Below, in pieces: positions 1-8,445 of a DNA stretch of 55,186 nucleotides; within the stretch, counting starts at the first letter, position 1, and every line of letters begins with the position of its first letter. The notes under the pieces were generated by a model. It was given only the letters and a program-made list of their open reading frames with translations. It had not been told where the DNA came from and made no database searches. The stretch is from Acidithiobacillus sp. (GTDB lineage: Bacteria > Pseudomonadota > Gammaproteobacteria > Acidithiobacillales > Acidithiobacillaceae). Both the position numbers and the translations under genes were made by a program. The stretch is from NCBI GenBank assembly GCA_037440305.1, contig JBBIUH010000001.1, positions 1-55,186 on the forward strand, given 5' to 3'.

Positions 1-54
1 ACTCCCAACGCACAGCAAAAGCTGCGGCAAAACACCTAAAAGCCAATCGAAAAT

Positions 55-888
55 TTATCCCGAGTGATTGGAGAGGCCGACAATCTTCATATTGAGAATT
101 GCTGCTTCACCATTGTTGTGGTACGTTATGTAACGAAGATGCCTCAAGTCGAATGGGATATCTTCGGCGAATTGTGTGATCAGAATCACCTCTCGACCAA
201 GCGCATGCGCAATGCCAATTTCGTAGAAAACATTTGGATTGCGAGTTGAGCAATCGCAGATGATGATTCTGGAACGATCGATGAGGGATACCACATCTTG
301 AATCACGGATGGATTCTCCCAAATGTCGTCGGCACGACGACACCGAAGGCCCACGGTTTGGGCTATCCGTTGTAGCGTTTCATAGACAGGCGTAAAATTT
401 GGATGAAAGGGCATCATGGCCGAAACAAGCGTTGGCTCAATGGCCTCAGGGTCAGCGATTTGAAAAACTGTAGGACGGCTGCGGCGTGGTTGTAGGTTCC
501 TAAGCAGCGCGTGGAACAAGTCAGCGCTTTTGACAGACCAATGGGTTCGCGAAAATTGGAAATCGTTTATCCCGAGATCTGCAGCAAACGACTGAAAATG
601 CCGGTTTGGAATAGGCTGAACGTCTGGATAGTAGATATACTCAAGTGCAACATCTCGACCAGACATGTTCGCGTGGAGAATCCTTCCGATTCTGGCGATT
701 TGGTCCTCTTGCCCAAATGTCTCCTGAACAAAGACAGTCGGAAGCGCTATTAGCGCAGCGAGGTCAAGCAGCCCGTTAGGTTTGAACCGGTCTACCAAAG
801 GCTGTTCTGTGTACTCAAAAACTCTTCCGCTAGGGAAGGTGTCGAGACCTTCTGCCCATCCACTGTCTTTAACTATTAAGTTGAACAA
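55..888 (-). CDS. Protein with C-terminal nucleoside 2-deoxyribosyltransferase-like / TIR-like domain (possible defence effector)
   Basis: C-terminal motifs 'AMMPF...CRRADDIW...IICDCSTRNPNVFYEIGIAHALGREVILI...IPFDL'; N-terminal domain not recognised. Confidence 0.6.
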   Translation of the reverse strand: MFNLIVKDSGWAEGLDTFPSGRVFEYTEQPLVDRFKPNGLLDLAALIALPTVFVQETFGQEDQIARIGRILHANMSGRDVALEYIYYPDVQPIPNRHFQSFAADLGINDFQFSRTHWSVKSADLFHALLRNLQPRRSRPTVFQIADPEAIEPTLVSAMMPFHPNFTPVYETLQRIAQTVGLRCRRADDIWENPSVIQDVVSLIDRSRIIICDCSTRNPNVFYEIGIAHALGREVILITQFAEDIPFDLRHLRYITYHNNGEAAILNMKIVGLSNHSG

Positions 889-1035
889 ACAAGTCTCCCT
901 ATGCTTTTTCTACTTTGACGATGCGCAGCAGCGCAATTCACGTGGTCGAACCCCCGCCACACCAAGCCGCGTTGATATGCCGCGAGATCTGACCGATGAG
1001 TCCCAATGACCGCAATCAGTCTTCTGCCGACGATC

Positions 1036-1206
1036 AAAGGTGGCCTGACAATAGTGTGGACAACTCCGTTTCAAGCGGCCAGCCGTGCGAACATAGTGTG
1101 GGCCAGGGAACCAATCCGCGAATGCAGGCGTTAGCGGTTGTAGAAAATCTCAATGCACTCCCTAATAGCAGATTCTGCCAGGGCACGGGTCCCGAAGCGA
1201 TAGTGG
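1036..1206 (-). pseudogene. IS3-family transposase C-terminal remnant with degenerate right inverted repeat
   Basis: Minus strand translates HYRFGTRALAESAIRECIEIFYNR*RLHSRIGSLA, the IS3 'YIExFYNRxRxHSxLG' end with an internal stop, followed by TGTCCACACTATTGTCAGGCCACCT resembling an IS3 IRR. Confidence 0.75.
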
Positions 1207-1539
1207 CTAGCTTCTCAGCTCGATGAGCGTCTCCCCCTGATTCAGTCTATCCAGCATTTGTGGCCATAGGCGGGCAAAGCCATCAAGCAGTATCTGCCTT
1301 CGGCAGTTGGGAGTGCGTAACCAGATAATAGTGGGGCCATCGGGATGTATCGTGCGGAGTGTAGCGAAATCTTCATCCTTGGTTATGATGATAGCGCCAT
1401 CCCGATATGCACGATCCCATATTTCCGGATCAAGAGCGCTGGCCATACCTATGTCGGCAACATGGCAGGCTGGATAACCTTGCGCACTGATCCATCGGGC
1501 CAGAGCGGGTGGTAGCTGCGCATCCACTAAAAACTGCAT
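1207..1539 (-). CDS. DUF5615 family PIN-like toxin (VapC45-like)
   Basis: MQFLVDAQLP...IIITKDEDF motifs; ATG at 1539 overlaps the DUF433 stop (TGATG). Confidence 0.85.
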   Translation of the reverse strand: MQFLVDAQLPPALARWISAQGYPACHVADIGMASALDPEIWDRAYRDGAIIITKDEDFATLRTIHPDGPTIIWLRTPNCRRQILLDGFARLWPQMLDRLNQGETLIELRS

Positions 1540-1760
1540 CAGGCCACATAAAGAATGGCGTGGTCCGCTTGCTGCGCAGCGTAATGAAGGCTGGCGGCGA
1601 TATCTTCGGGCTCCAGGTAGGGGTAATCTTCCAGAATCTCTGCGGTCGTCGCTCCTGCCGCCAAGAGTTCGAGAATGTCCTGTACCCGAATACGCAGCCC
1701 TCGAATACAAGGCCGTCCGCCACATTGCTGGGGATTGATAGTGATGCGCTCAAGGTGCAT
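1539..1760 (-). CDS. DUF433 family antitoxin (VapB45-like)
   Basis: RITINPQQCGGRPCIRGLRIRVQDILELL...EILEDYPYL signature; strong SD (GAGGAGGAG). Confidence 0.9.
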   Translation of the reverse strand: MHLERITINPQQCGGRPCIRGLRIRVQDILELLAAGATTAEILEDYPYLEPEDIAASLHYAAQQADHAILYVA

Positions 1761-1865
1761 GGTGGCTCCTCCTCATGGCTGCAGCGAAATAGTATAGGCA
1801 AATTGGGCAAGTATAACAGCTTCCAGAAACAACCTCATTCCAACTATCAGGGTAAGACCCACCTT

Positions 1866-2375
1866 TCAAATGGGCAACGTCAACCCAAAGGTATGCCCCA
1901 GGGCGATGGCCGTACCCACCACATTAGCCGCCAATGCGCCGCCGATGATGTGCACGAAGGCGGTATCCGAGCTCTCCCGCGTGGTGCCGTCGCCGACTCG
2001 CTTCAGAATCACCAGCCCGCGAAACACGGCCAGCCAGCCGACGAGCTGCACGAAGTTCTCGATCACCATCACCGCGAGGCCCACGTGCGCGCCGCCCGGA
2101 CCAGTGTAGGCCAGCGGCGATGGCTGTCCCTGGCTGAAAAAGGTGCCCACGTCATGGAGCACGAACACGGGCATGGCCATCAGCAACGCCCCCGTCGCGG
2201 CGGTGATCGGGATCCGGCTTTTGTGGATCCGCGGGTCGTTGCTGACACGGACCATCAAAAAGACGCTGTCCGCCACAAACCAGAGACCGACGACGAAGGA
2301 AAGACCCACGGTCAGCACGAACATGGGACCGAGACTCTGGCCCATGTTCCCGATCATCTGGATGGCGGTCAGCAT
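1866..2375 (-). CDS. IcmC/DotE (TraQ)-like inner-membrane type IVB secretion protein
   Basis: Several TM helices; 'FVQLVGWLAVFRGL' and 'HIIGGALAAN' resemble IcmC/TraQ; last gene of the dot/icm-like run. Confidence 0.7.
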   Translation of the reverse strand: MLTAIQMIGNMGQSLGPMFVLTVGLSFVVGLWFVADSVFLMVRVSNDPRIHKSRIPITAATGALLMAMPVFVLHDVGTFFSQGQPSPLAYTGPGGAHVGLAVMVIENFVQLVGWLAVFRGLVILKRVGDGTTRESSDTAFVHIIGGALAANVVGTAIALGHTFGLTLPI

Positions 2376-2390
2376 GCGTCTCTCCTCCCG

Positions 2391-3059
2391 TCAATAGCCG
2401 ATCGTGCCCCGGCTGGTAATGACCGCGTCCGGAGTGACCCGCAGGATCCGCAGGTCCTCCACTTGGCTCCCCGCCTCGACCACATGGGTCCGCCCGCCGG
2501 GTCCCTGGATCCATGCCTCGTTCGCGCCGATGGATTCCACGGACCAGCCGGGCACGCCGTGCCGCTGCGCCGCTGGGACCCTTGCGATTTCTCGTTGCGG
2601 TTCCCGATGCGTGCCGGGCGGGAACCTGGCTGCGGAACGCATTTCCTGATCGACTGCCGCCAGCCGTTCATTCGTGTGCCGTTGCGCGGTGGCCAGTGCG
2701 CGCAGGTCCGCACCGATCCTGGCCATGGCCTGCGCCAGATCCGGCGCGGCCGGAGAGGTGACGGATGCCGTCACCCCGGTGGCCAGGGTCGCGGAGATTG
2801 GTGCCACCGAAACTGCGGATGCGCTCACCGCCGCGGCAGGCGCGGAGGCTGCCGGCCATCCCTCCACCGGGGAGGCCGGGGCCGGCGTGCCGGAAGGCGC
2901 GGATCGCGCCGCCCGAACGGGGGCAGTAGAGGCGAACGGGTTTGTCGCCGGATGCGGGGTTTTCGGGGCGAAGTCGAACTCCCAGGTGGCAAACCCGATA
3001 CCCAGGATCACTACGGCCACGCCACCCACCGCCAGATAGAATTTCAGATTGTCATGCAT
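2391..3059 (-). CDS. IcmG/DotF (TraP)-like protein
   Basis: N-terminal TM, Ala/Pro linker, coiled coil, then C-terminal 'AWIQGPGGRTHVVEAGSQV...VITSRGTI' resembling the DotF C-terminal domain. Confidence 0.65.
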   Translation of the reverse strand: MHDNLKFYLAVGGVAVVILGIGFATWEFDFAPKTPHPATNPFASTAPVRAARSAPSGTPAPASPVEGWPAASAPAAAVSASAVSVAPISATLATGVTASVTSPAAPDLAQAMARIGADLRALATAQRHTNERLAAVDQEMRSAARFPPGTHREPQREIARVPAAQRHGVPGWSVESIGANEAWIQGPGGRTHVVEAGSQVEDLRILRVTPDAVITSRGTIGY

Positions 3060-3139
3060 CGAGGTCTCCTGTCATCGTCATAGGGGCACCGCCGTATAGC
3101 CGCCTGTCGGACGTGCCCCTCACGCTGCCGCCATTTCCA

Positions 3140-3697
3140 TCAACGAATCTTCCCCAGAATGCCGTGCACGGCGGTTTCCAGGCGCACCTCCATGCGCTGC
3201 CCGCGCCGCGCCGTCATGCCCAGCCGTTCCGCCGCGGCCGCAATGGTCAACTCTTCGCCATAGCGCAGATGCACCCATTCGGCGAGATCGTCCGGCAGAC
3301 CGCGCATGACCGCCCCGACCCGTTCCGGGCTCCAGTCCACCGCCACGTCCTCGGTCACCAGTGATGCATCGGGATCCCCCTGGTCCCAGTCCTCCAGCGG
3401 CACGGTATCCACCTCCTTGCGTCCCCGAAACACGGAAAGCTCTCCGCGCAGTTTCCAGTAACTCCAGGGCGCAAAATGACCCTGCGCGGGATCCCAACTG
3501 TGCAGCGCGATGGTGACCGCCAGGCCGATGAACTGCTCCGCATCCTCCCGCGGCACCCCCATGGCGCGCGCCTGGCGGGCGGCCCCCGCACAGTACCGCC
3601 GCATGATGCTCCACAGCTGATTGCCGGCCACCGGGTTCCCGGAGCGGGTCGCCATGGCCAACTGGTCGATGTGATTCAGGTTCTGAAGCGCTTCCAT
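3140..3697 (-). CDS. Compact sigma-70 family RNA polymerase sigma factor (regions 2 and 4)
   Basis: Region 2-like 'EDAEQ...ALHSWDPAQGHFAPWSYWKLRGEL'; region 4 HTH 'LPDDLAEWVHLRYGEELTIAAAAERLGMT'. Confidence 0.75.
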   Translation of the reverse strand: MEALQNLNHIDQLAMATRSGNPVAGNQLWSIMRRYCAGAARQARAMGVPREDAEQFIGLAVTIALHSWDPAQGHFAPWSYWKLRGELSVFRGRKEVDTVPLEDWDQGDPDASLVTEDVAVDWSPERVGAVMRGLPDDLAEWVHLRYGEELTIAAAAERLGMTARRGQRMEVRLETAVHGILGKIR

Positions 3698-3707
3698 GGT
3701 CCCTCCC

Positions 3708-4922
3708 CTACCCCAAGCCGGCCTTCACCGGCGCCATGAACAGAATCCCGATCCCGCTGCCCGCCTTGACCCGGACCGTGGGCGGAGTGTTGAAGCGCTG
3801 GGCCATGATCGGCGCGAGCGTCTGCCCCACGTTGCCCACCGCCGACAAGGCGATCTGTCCGTTGCTCAACTGATGCGTGACCACGCCCAGACCGGAGCCG
3901 GTCAGATAGGTGTTGGTGTTAGCGGAGTCCAGGGCGTTATTGAGGCCCTGCAGGAGGCTGGCGCCTATCAGCCAGCCATAGCGATAGAGCGTGTGCCGGT
4001 TGACCGAGGTCGCGAGCGCTGTGCGCGCCGTCGCCAGGGTGATGGCGTAGGCCCGGATGGATATCGTCTGGTGGTGCAGTGTCAGGGAGGAGAACTGGAC
4101 CAGGACCCGATCGTGCACGCGGGTGAAACCACCCAGCAGACGGGCGCCGGCGAAACGTCCGGTCTCGATGGTCGCCAGCACCGGTCCGGGCTCCGTGGAC
4201 TTGATGCTGGTATCCAGCACCGCGAAAGAGATATGCCCGGCATTCGCCAGGGTGGGAGCGGCCACGCTCCCCGTCGATGCCGCCGTAGCCGTGACCTTGC
4301 CGGCCTTGGTTCCCTGGAGCGTGCCGTTGGCCACGAGAACCGCGACGGGAGGCTGCTCCATCTTGAGGATCGCGGCCACCTCGGCGTTGATCTGATGCGC
4401 ATCGGGATTCGGGGCGTAGCGCACCGCCGTCATTCCCGACCGATCGACGGGCCGATGATGGATGACCGGGCCGATCGGCCGGGCCGCACCGGATTGGATC
4501 GTGGCTTTGCGGATCGCCCCGACGGTCGGCAGGGAGGAGAGCCCCGCCTGCAAGGCCTTTACCGCCTGTTTCTGGTTGTATTGGTTCAGGTCTGCATTGT
4601 AGACGGGCGTTCCCGGACCACCGGGTGTGTTCCGCATCTGGGCCACCTGGCCACCGGCCGAGATCGGTACCGCCGGGGCACGGGGCCAGAGCAGAATCGT
4701 CAGAAACCCGATCACACCGACACCCAGGGCGGCGCCACCGACAATCAGGGGTCGCCGGGCCGGGTCGCCCAAGGCGCTACGGACCCCATGCAAGATGCCT
4801 GGAGCTTTGGCGGTCGCGAACGGATCTTGTGCAGGAACTGGGGAACCTGCCGGGGCGGATGTTCCCGACGGACCCGGCGTACCGTTCATAGGCGTCTGTG
4901 GTATCTGCGTTTCATCCACCAT
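3708..4922 (-). CDS. DotG/IcmE (TraO; VirB10-like) core complex protein
   Basis: N-terminal TM; C-terminal TrbI-like domain 'AVLDTSIKSTEPGPVLATIETGRFAGARLLGGF...PPTVRVKAGSGIGILFM'. Confidence 0.85.
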   Translation of the reverse strand: MVDETQIPQTPMNGTPGPSGTSAPAGSPVPAQDPFATAKAPGILHGVRSALGDPARRPLIVGGAALGVGVIGFLTILLWPRAPAVPISAGGQVAQMRNTPGGPGTPVYNADLNQYNQKQAVKALQAGLSSLPTVGAIRKATIQSGAARPIGPVIHHRPVDRSGMTAVRYAPNPDAHQINAEVAAILKMEQPPVAVLVANGTLQGTKAGKVTATAASTGSVAAPTLANAGHISFAVLDTSIKSTEPGPVLATIETGRFAGARLLGGFTRVHDRVLVQFSSLTLHHQTISIRAYAITLATARTALATSVNRHTLYRYGWLIGASLLQGLNNALDSANTNTYLTGSGLGVVTHQLSNGQIALSAVGNVGQTLAPIMAQRFNTPPTVRVKAGSGIGILFMAPVKAGLG

Positions 4923-6012
4923 GGCGGGAGCCCTCCAGCAAGGGGTTCAAGGTCAAGGTGCGCGCATGGCCATTCTGGCTGACCGTGACCGCTGGCACGT
5001 CGGGCAGGACATAGGTGCGTATGCCGGCCGCGCCATCCATGCGCGCCACCCAGGCGGGAGCCAATACCGGCATGGGGGTGCGCAGGAGCAGGCGGCGCCC
5101 GTGGGATCCCGTCCATGACCAGGCCATCACCCGGGGAGGATTGCCGGCGACCTGCAAGGGCTGCGCGCCCGCCGGTGGCAGGTCCTGGACCAGCTTCAAC
5201 AGCACCTGGGTGTAATTCCCGTTGGGTACGCCGCTAGCCCCGACGGGCGGCGGCAAGCCCGGCTCGATGGCGTTCACCCGGACGCGCACGCTGTAATCGG
5301 CCACCATGCCGGAGGGCACCAGGGCCAGAAGTACCGGTTGCGATTCGCCCGCGAGCCAGACCGCGAGGTTACTTTGGGCGTAGGGCTCCAAGACAGACAG
5401 CATCAGGGAATCCCCGGCGAACTGCGCAGCGAAGGCGGCCTTGTCGCCGATGCCCACATGGACGATCGGCCAGGGCCGGCCATAGGCATCGGTGAAGTTC
5501 AGCGTCGTGGCGTAGCCACTGTGCATCGCGATGGCGGGCGGACTTCCCGCCCCCAGCCGCGCCGTCACGGCGGTGAGTTTGGGTATCACCGCGGCCAACG
5601 GCGCCTGCTCGGCCTGACGGTTCCGGTCGATGCGTTGCCGCAGGAAGCGGATATCCCCGCCGGACAGGGGCATATGCGCCTGCACCGCCTGGTGGAACGC
5701 CTGGCTATCGGGCAAGGGGGGCAGCGCCATGACCGTGCCGTTGGGTCCCTTGACGTATTGGATCGTCTGGCCCTGCGCCTGGGCCTGCTGGACTGCCTGC
5801 TCCTGGGCCGGATCGACCGTTTGCCAGTGCTCGGACGTGGGCGTTCCCGAAGCGCCGGACGCCGTGGAAGCCGTTGCCGCGGTCACCGGGCTACCCGCGG
5901 ACTGACCCAGCAGCGTGTCGGGATTCACCGGCTGGGCGAAAGCCGGAACCACCAGCGATGTACCGGCGAGCAGTACGATGGCGGAGCGGAGGGCATGACG
6001 TGTCTGGAACAT
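4912..6012 (-). CDS. DotH/IcmK (TraN of IncI) core complex protein
   Basis: Signal peptide; 'GYATTLNFTDAYGRPWPI', 'SNLAVWL', 'LLLRT...LAPAW' motifs. Confidence 0.85.
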   Translation of the reverse strand: MFQTRHALRSAIVLLAGTSLVVPAFAQPVNPDTLLGQSAGSPVTAATASTASGASGTPTSEHWQTVDPAQEQAVQQAQAQGQTIQYVKGPNGTVMALPPLPDSQAFHQAVQAHMPLSGGDIRFLRQRIDRNRQAEQAPLAAVIPKLTAVTARLGAGSPPAIAMHSGYATTLNFTDAYGRPWPIVHVGIGDKAAFAAQFAGDSLMLSVLEPYAQSNLAVWLAGESQPVLLALVPSGMVADYSVRVRVNAIEPGLPPPVGASGVPNGNYTQVLLKLVQDLPPAGAQPLQVAGNPPRVMAWSWTGSHGRRLLLRTPMPVLAPAWVARMDGAAGIRTYVLPDVPAVTVSQNGHARTLTLNPLLEGSRHGG

Positions 6013-6024
6013 GTGGATTCCCCT

Positions 6025-6648
6025 CTATGGGACCAGAAAATTGAAACTCTGGATGGCGACCCCGGCGGGATGGGCCAGATTGTTCACGCGCACCATGGTG
6101 ATGTTCGCCACGAAGTCCTTGCTGTTGATGCCGTTGGAATTCTGGTAGATCAGCCGGATGGGCATCTGGATCTGCCAGCCATAGTCGCCGTTGGCCAGCA
6201 CTTGTTGATGCATCACCGCCGGGGCGCCGGTGACCGCCAGCGTCATGTTGAGCCGCCGCTCGCGAACGGCCGCGATATCGCCCGTCTCGACCAGGGTCGC
6301 CTGGTAGCTCCGGTAACCGGCCGCCGTGAAGTATTTCACCGCCCGTTGTTCATCCTGGCGCCAGTTGACGTAGCTGATGTCGAAGGCGGAGGTCATTCCC
6401 TCCTGGGCGCGGGTCAGCACGGCGGAATCGTTCAACAGCGGTTCCCGCAGCGGGACCAGGCGGGTGATGACCCCATTGGGCGAGGTCGCGAAATACACCA
6501 CCCGCGCCGGACGGGTCGCCACGATGAACAGGGCGATGGCCAGGACGGCGGAGATGCCGGCGAGCACCAGGTTGGCGAGGAACGACAGCCGCCACAGCCG
6601 CCGCCAGGCCTCGATGCCGATGCCGATGTTTTCCAGGGGGGTGTTCAT
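6025..6648 (-). CDS. DotI/IcmL (TraM; VirB8-like) protein
   Basis: Single TM then 'YFATSPNG.ITRLVPL.EP', 'YFT..GY', 'W.IQMP', 'GVAIQSF'; ATG at 6648 overlaps the upstream stop. Confidence 0.85.
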   Translation of the reverse strand: MNTPLENIGIGIEAWRRLWRLSFLANLVLAGISAVLAIALFIVATRPARVVYFATSPNGVITRLVPLREPLLNDSAVLTRAQEGMTSAFDISYVNWRQDEQRAVKYFTAAGYRSYQATLVETGDIAAVRERRLNMTLAVTGAPAVMHQQVLANGDYGWQIQMPIRLIYQNSNGINSKDFVANITMVRVNNLAHPAGVAIQSFNFLVP

Positions 6649-7118
6649 GGGTGTCCTCCTCCAGAGGCCCGCTCCAGGGGCCGATAAAAATCCCGTTGCG
6701 CCAATTTCGCCACCCGCTGCCGGTACTGGTGGTTCCAATGGGGGATCGCACTGTTGTAATCGCCGACGTGCCGCCAGAAGGCGCGGGGATGGGCAAATGC
6801 TTGCGCCCGAGACGGATGACCCGCGAGTTTGCGGGCGAGGATCCAGGCGCCTACGGCGACGTTCTGGCAGCCGTTGTCGAGGACTTCCGGGCGGGTGATG
6901 CCATAGTGGGCGAGCACGGACAGCCACAGGGAATTGATCCCCATGGGCCCCATGTCGTAGCTGCCGTTGGCGTCGTGCACCGTCTGGCCGGCGCGGGTAT
7001 CTTCGGTGGCGAGGATGCCGTAGAGGAGACCGACCGGGACGTGGTAACGCTCCGCGGCCGCGGCGACGCAGTAGCGGTGAACCGGAGTCAGGGGCGGAGA
7101 AGGATCAGGCATCCACAT
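6645..7118 (-). CDS. Lytic transglycosylase (SLT domain, TrbN/PilT-like)
   Basis: 'CVAAAAERYHVP..LL.GI..TE', 'NGSYDMGPMGIN', 'VGDYNS' motifs. Confidence 0.9.
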   Translation of the reverse strand: MWMPDPSPPLTPVHRYCVAAAAERYHVPVGLLYGILATEDTRAGQTVHDANGSYDMGPMGINSLWLSVLAHYGITRPEVLDNGCQNVAVGAWILARKLAGHPSRAQAFAHPRAFWRHVGDYNSAIPHWNHQYRQRVAKLAQRDFYRPLERASGGGHP

Positions 7119-7121
7119 GGC

Positions 7122-7598
7122 TCAGCCCGCCATCACGTAGACCCGGTGTTGGGTCACGACGATGAGAATCCCGCGGTAGCGGGCGATGTGGTAGAGAGCG
7201 ACCGAAGCACTCCCCGCCGGCCAGGAAACCGTTGGCAGCATCAGACCGGGGTGGATACTGATCCGGTGTTCCGGCACCAGGCGCTCGATGGCTGTCCGCA
7301 GCGCGGCATGCCCGGCGGGCACCCAGCGGTTCGGATTCCAGCCGTGCAGGTTGTGGGCCAGCACGCCGCTCAGCAGGCCCCGGTCCTGCAACGTGGACAG
7401 ACGGGGGAAAGACGCGGAAGAGCCGGCGGGCGCGGTAACGGCGGGGACCCTGCCGAGGACCGGCGCCGTGGGCAGGGTCGGGTGCACCGAGCGGCTTGCC
7501 GGTGCCGGGCCGATATAGGTCCAGGCGGCCCAGGCCGGTGTGGCCGCGAGAGCGGTCAGCAATGCGGCCGTCCAGAGGGTGGATGCTTTGCGCTTCAT
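7122..7598 (-). CDS. Secreted/periplasmic hypothetical protein (possible TcpQ/N0-like domain)
   Basis: Sec signal peptide MKRKASTLWTAALLTALAATPAWA; ATGA overlap with the upstream gene; domain guess is tentative. Confidence 0.55.
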   Translation of the reverse strand: MKRKASTLWTAALLTALAATPAWAAWTYIGPAPASRSVHPTLPTAPVLGRVPAVTAPAGSSASFPRLSTLQDRGLLSGVLAHNLHGWNPNRWVPAGHAALRTAIERLVPEHRISIHPGLMLPTVSWPAGSASVALYHIARYRGILIVVTQHRVYVMAG

Positions 7599-8434
7599 GA
7601 TTCGGCGCCCTCCCCTTGCGTTCCCTTGCGCCGAAAACTGGGCCACTGACAGTGCAGCAGCGTGCCCTGATGGCAGATTCGATCGAAAGCGGCGGAGCCG
7701 AGATATTTTTCCAGCTCCGTCAGGGTCTCGTTGCTGAGCAGGATGGTCGGCCGCGCCCGGTAGCGGCTGTCGATGACCCTGAACAGGCTCAGTCGTTCAC
7801 TGTCCGAGCCGTGCTGTTTGCCTACTTCGTCCAGGATCAGGAGATCGACCGCCGCAAAGGCCCCGATGACGCCGCTCTCGGACGGGCCATCGCCGTTGCG
7901 CCAGGTCGCGCGGATCCGTGCGATGACCTCCCAGACCATGGCTTGCAGGACGGTCCGTCCCTGAGCCAGCAACGCATGCGCGATGGCCGCGGCGAGATGG
8001 TTCTTGCCGGTGCCGGGGGGACCCAGGAGGATCAGGGCGCGTCCGTCGGTGTTGGCCGCGAAATCGGCCGCATAGGCCCGGCAGGCCTCCACCACCCGGG
8101 CCTGCGCCGGGGTGGATATCCGGAAGCTGGCGAAGTCGCAATCGCGGTAACGCTCCGGGATGGCCGCGCGGTCCAGGAGTGCGGCCAGCTGCCGCTCGGC
8201 GCGGCAGCGCGGGCAACCGGCCGGGGTGATGAAGCGCACCGTCCCCTGTTCGTCCACCAGGGATTCGGGGTACCGGCCATGCCGCGCGCAGTGCCGGTAT
8301 TGCGGATGCCGGTCCGGCAGCAGGGCCACGTTGGAGGCCTGCGGCAGGCCATGGCGGCGCAGGATGTCCGTGGCCAAATCCCTCAAGGCAGGAGTCCGGC
8401 GAGGCGGTGGGGGCGATTTTGGCAGGGTGGACAT
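7595..8434 (-). CDS. DnaC/IstB-like AAA+ ATPase (helicase loader)
   Basis: Zn-binding CARHG...CPRC, 'IPERY', Walker A GPPGTGKN, Walker B LLILDEVG, 'VIDSRY', 'TILLSN'; SD GAGGAG. Confidence 0.9.
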   Translation of the reverse strand: MSTLPKSPPPPRRTPALRDLATDILRRHGLPQASNVALLPDRHPQYRHCARHGRYPESLVDEQGTVRFITPAGCPRCRAERQLAALLDRAAIPERYRDCDFASFRISTPAQARVVEACRAYAADFAANTDGRALILLGPPGTGKNHLAAAIAHALLAQGRTVLQAMVWEVIARIRATWRNGDGPSESGVIGAFAAVDLLILDEVGKQHGSDSERLSLFRVIDSRYRARPTILLSNETLTELEKYLGSAAFDRICHQGTLLHCQWPSFRRKGTQGEGAES

Positions 8435-8445
8435 GACGGCGCTCC

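Noticed and set aside
7595-8434. IstB-like ATPase as evidence for an IS21 element
   Set aside because: No IstA transposase or terminal repeats; it has a Zn-binding N-terminus and follows an initiator gene, so a DnaC-like loader fits better.
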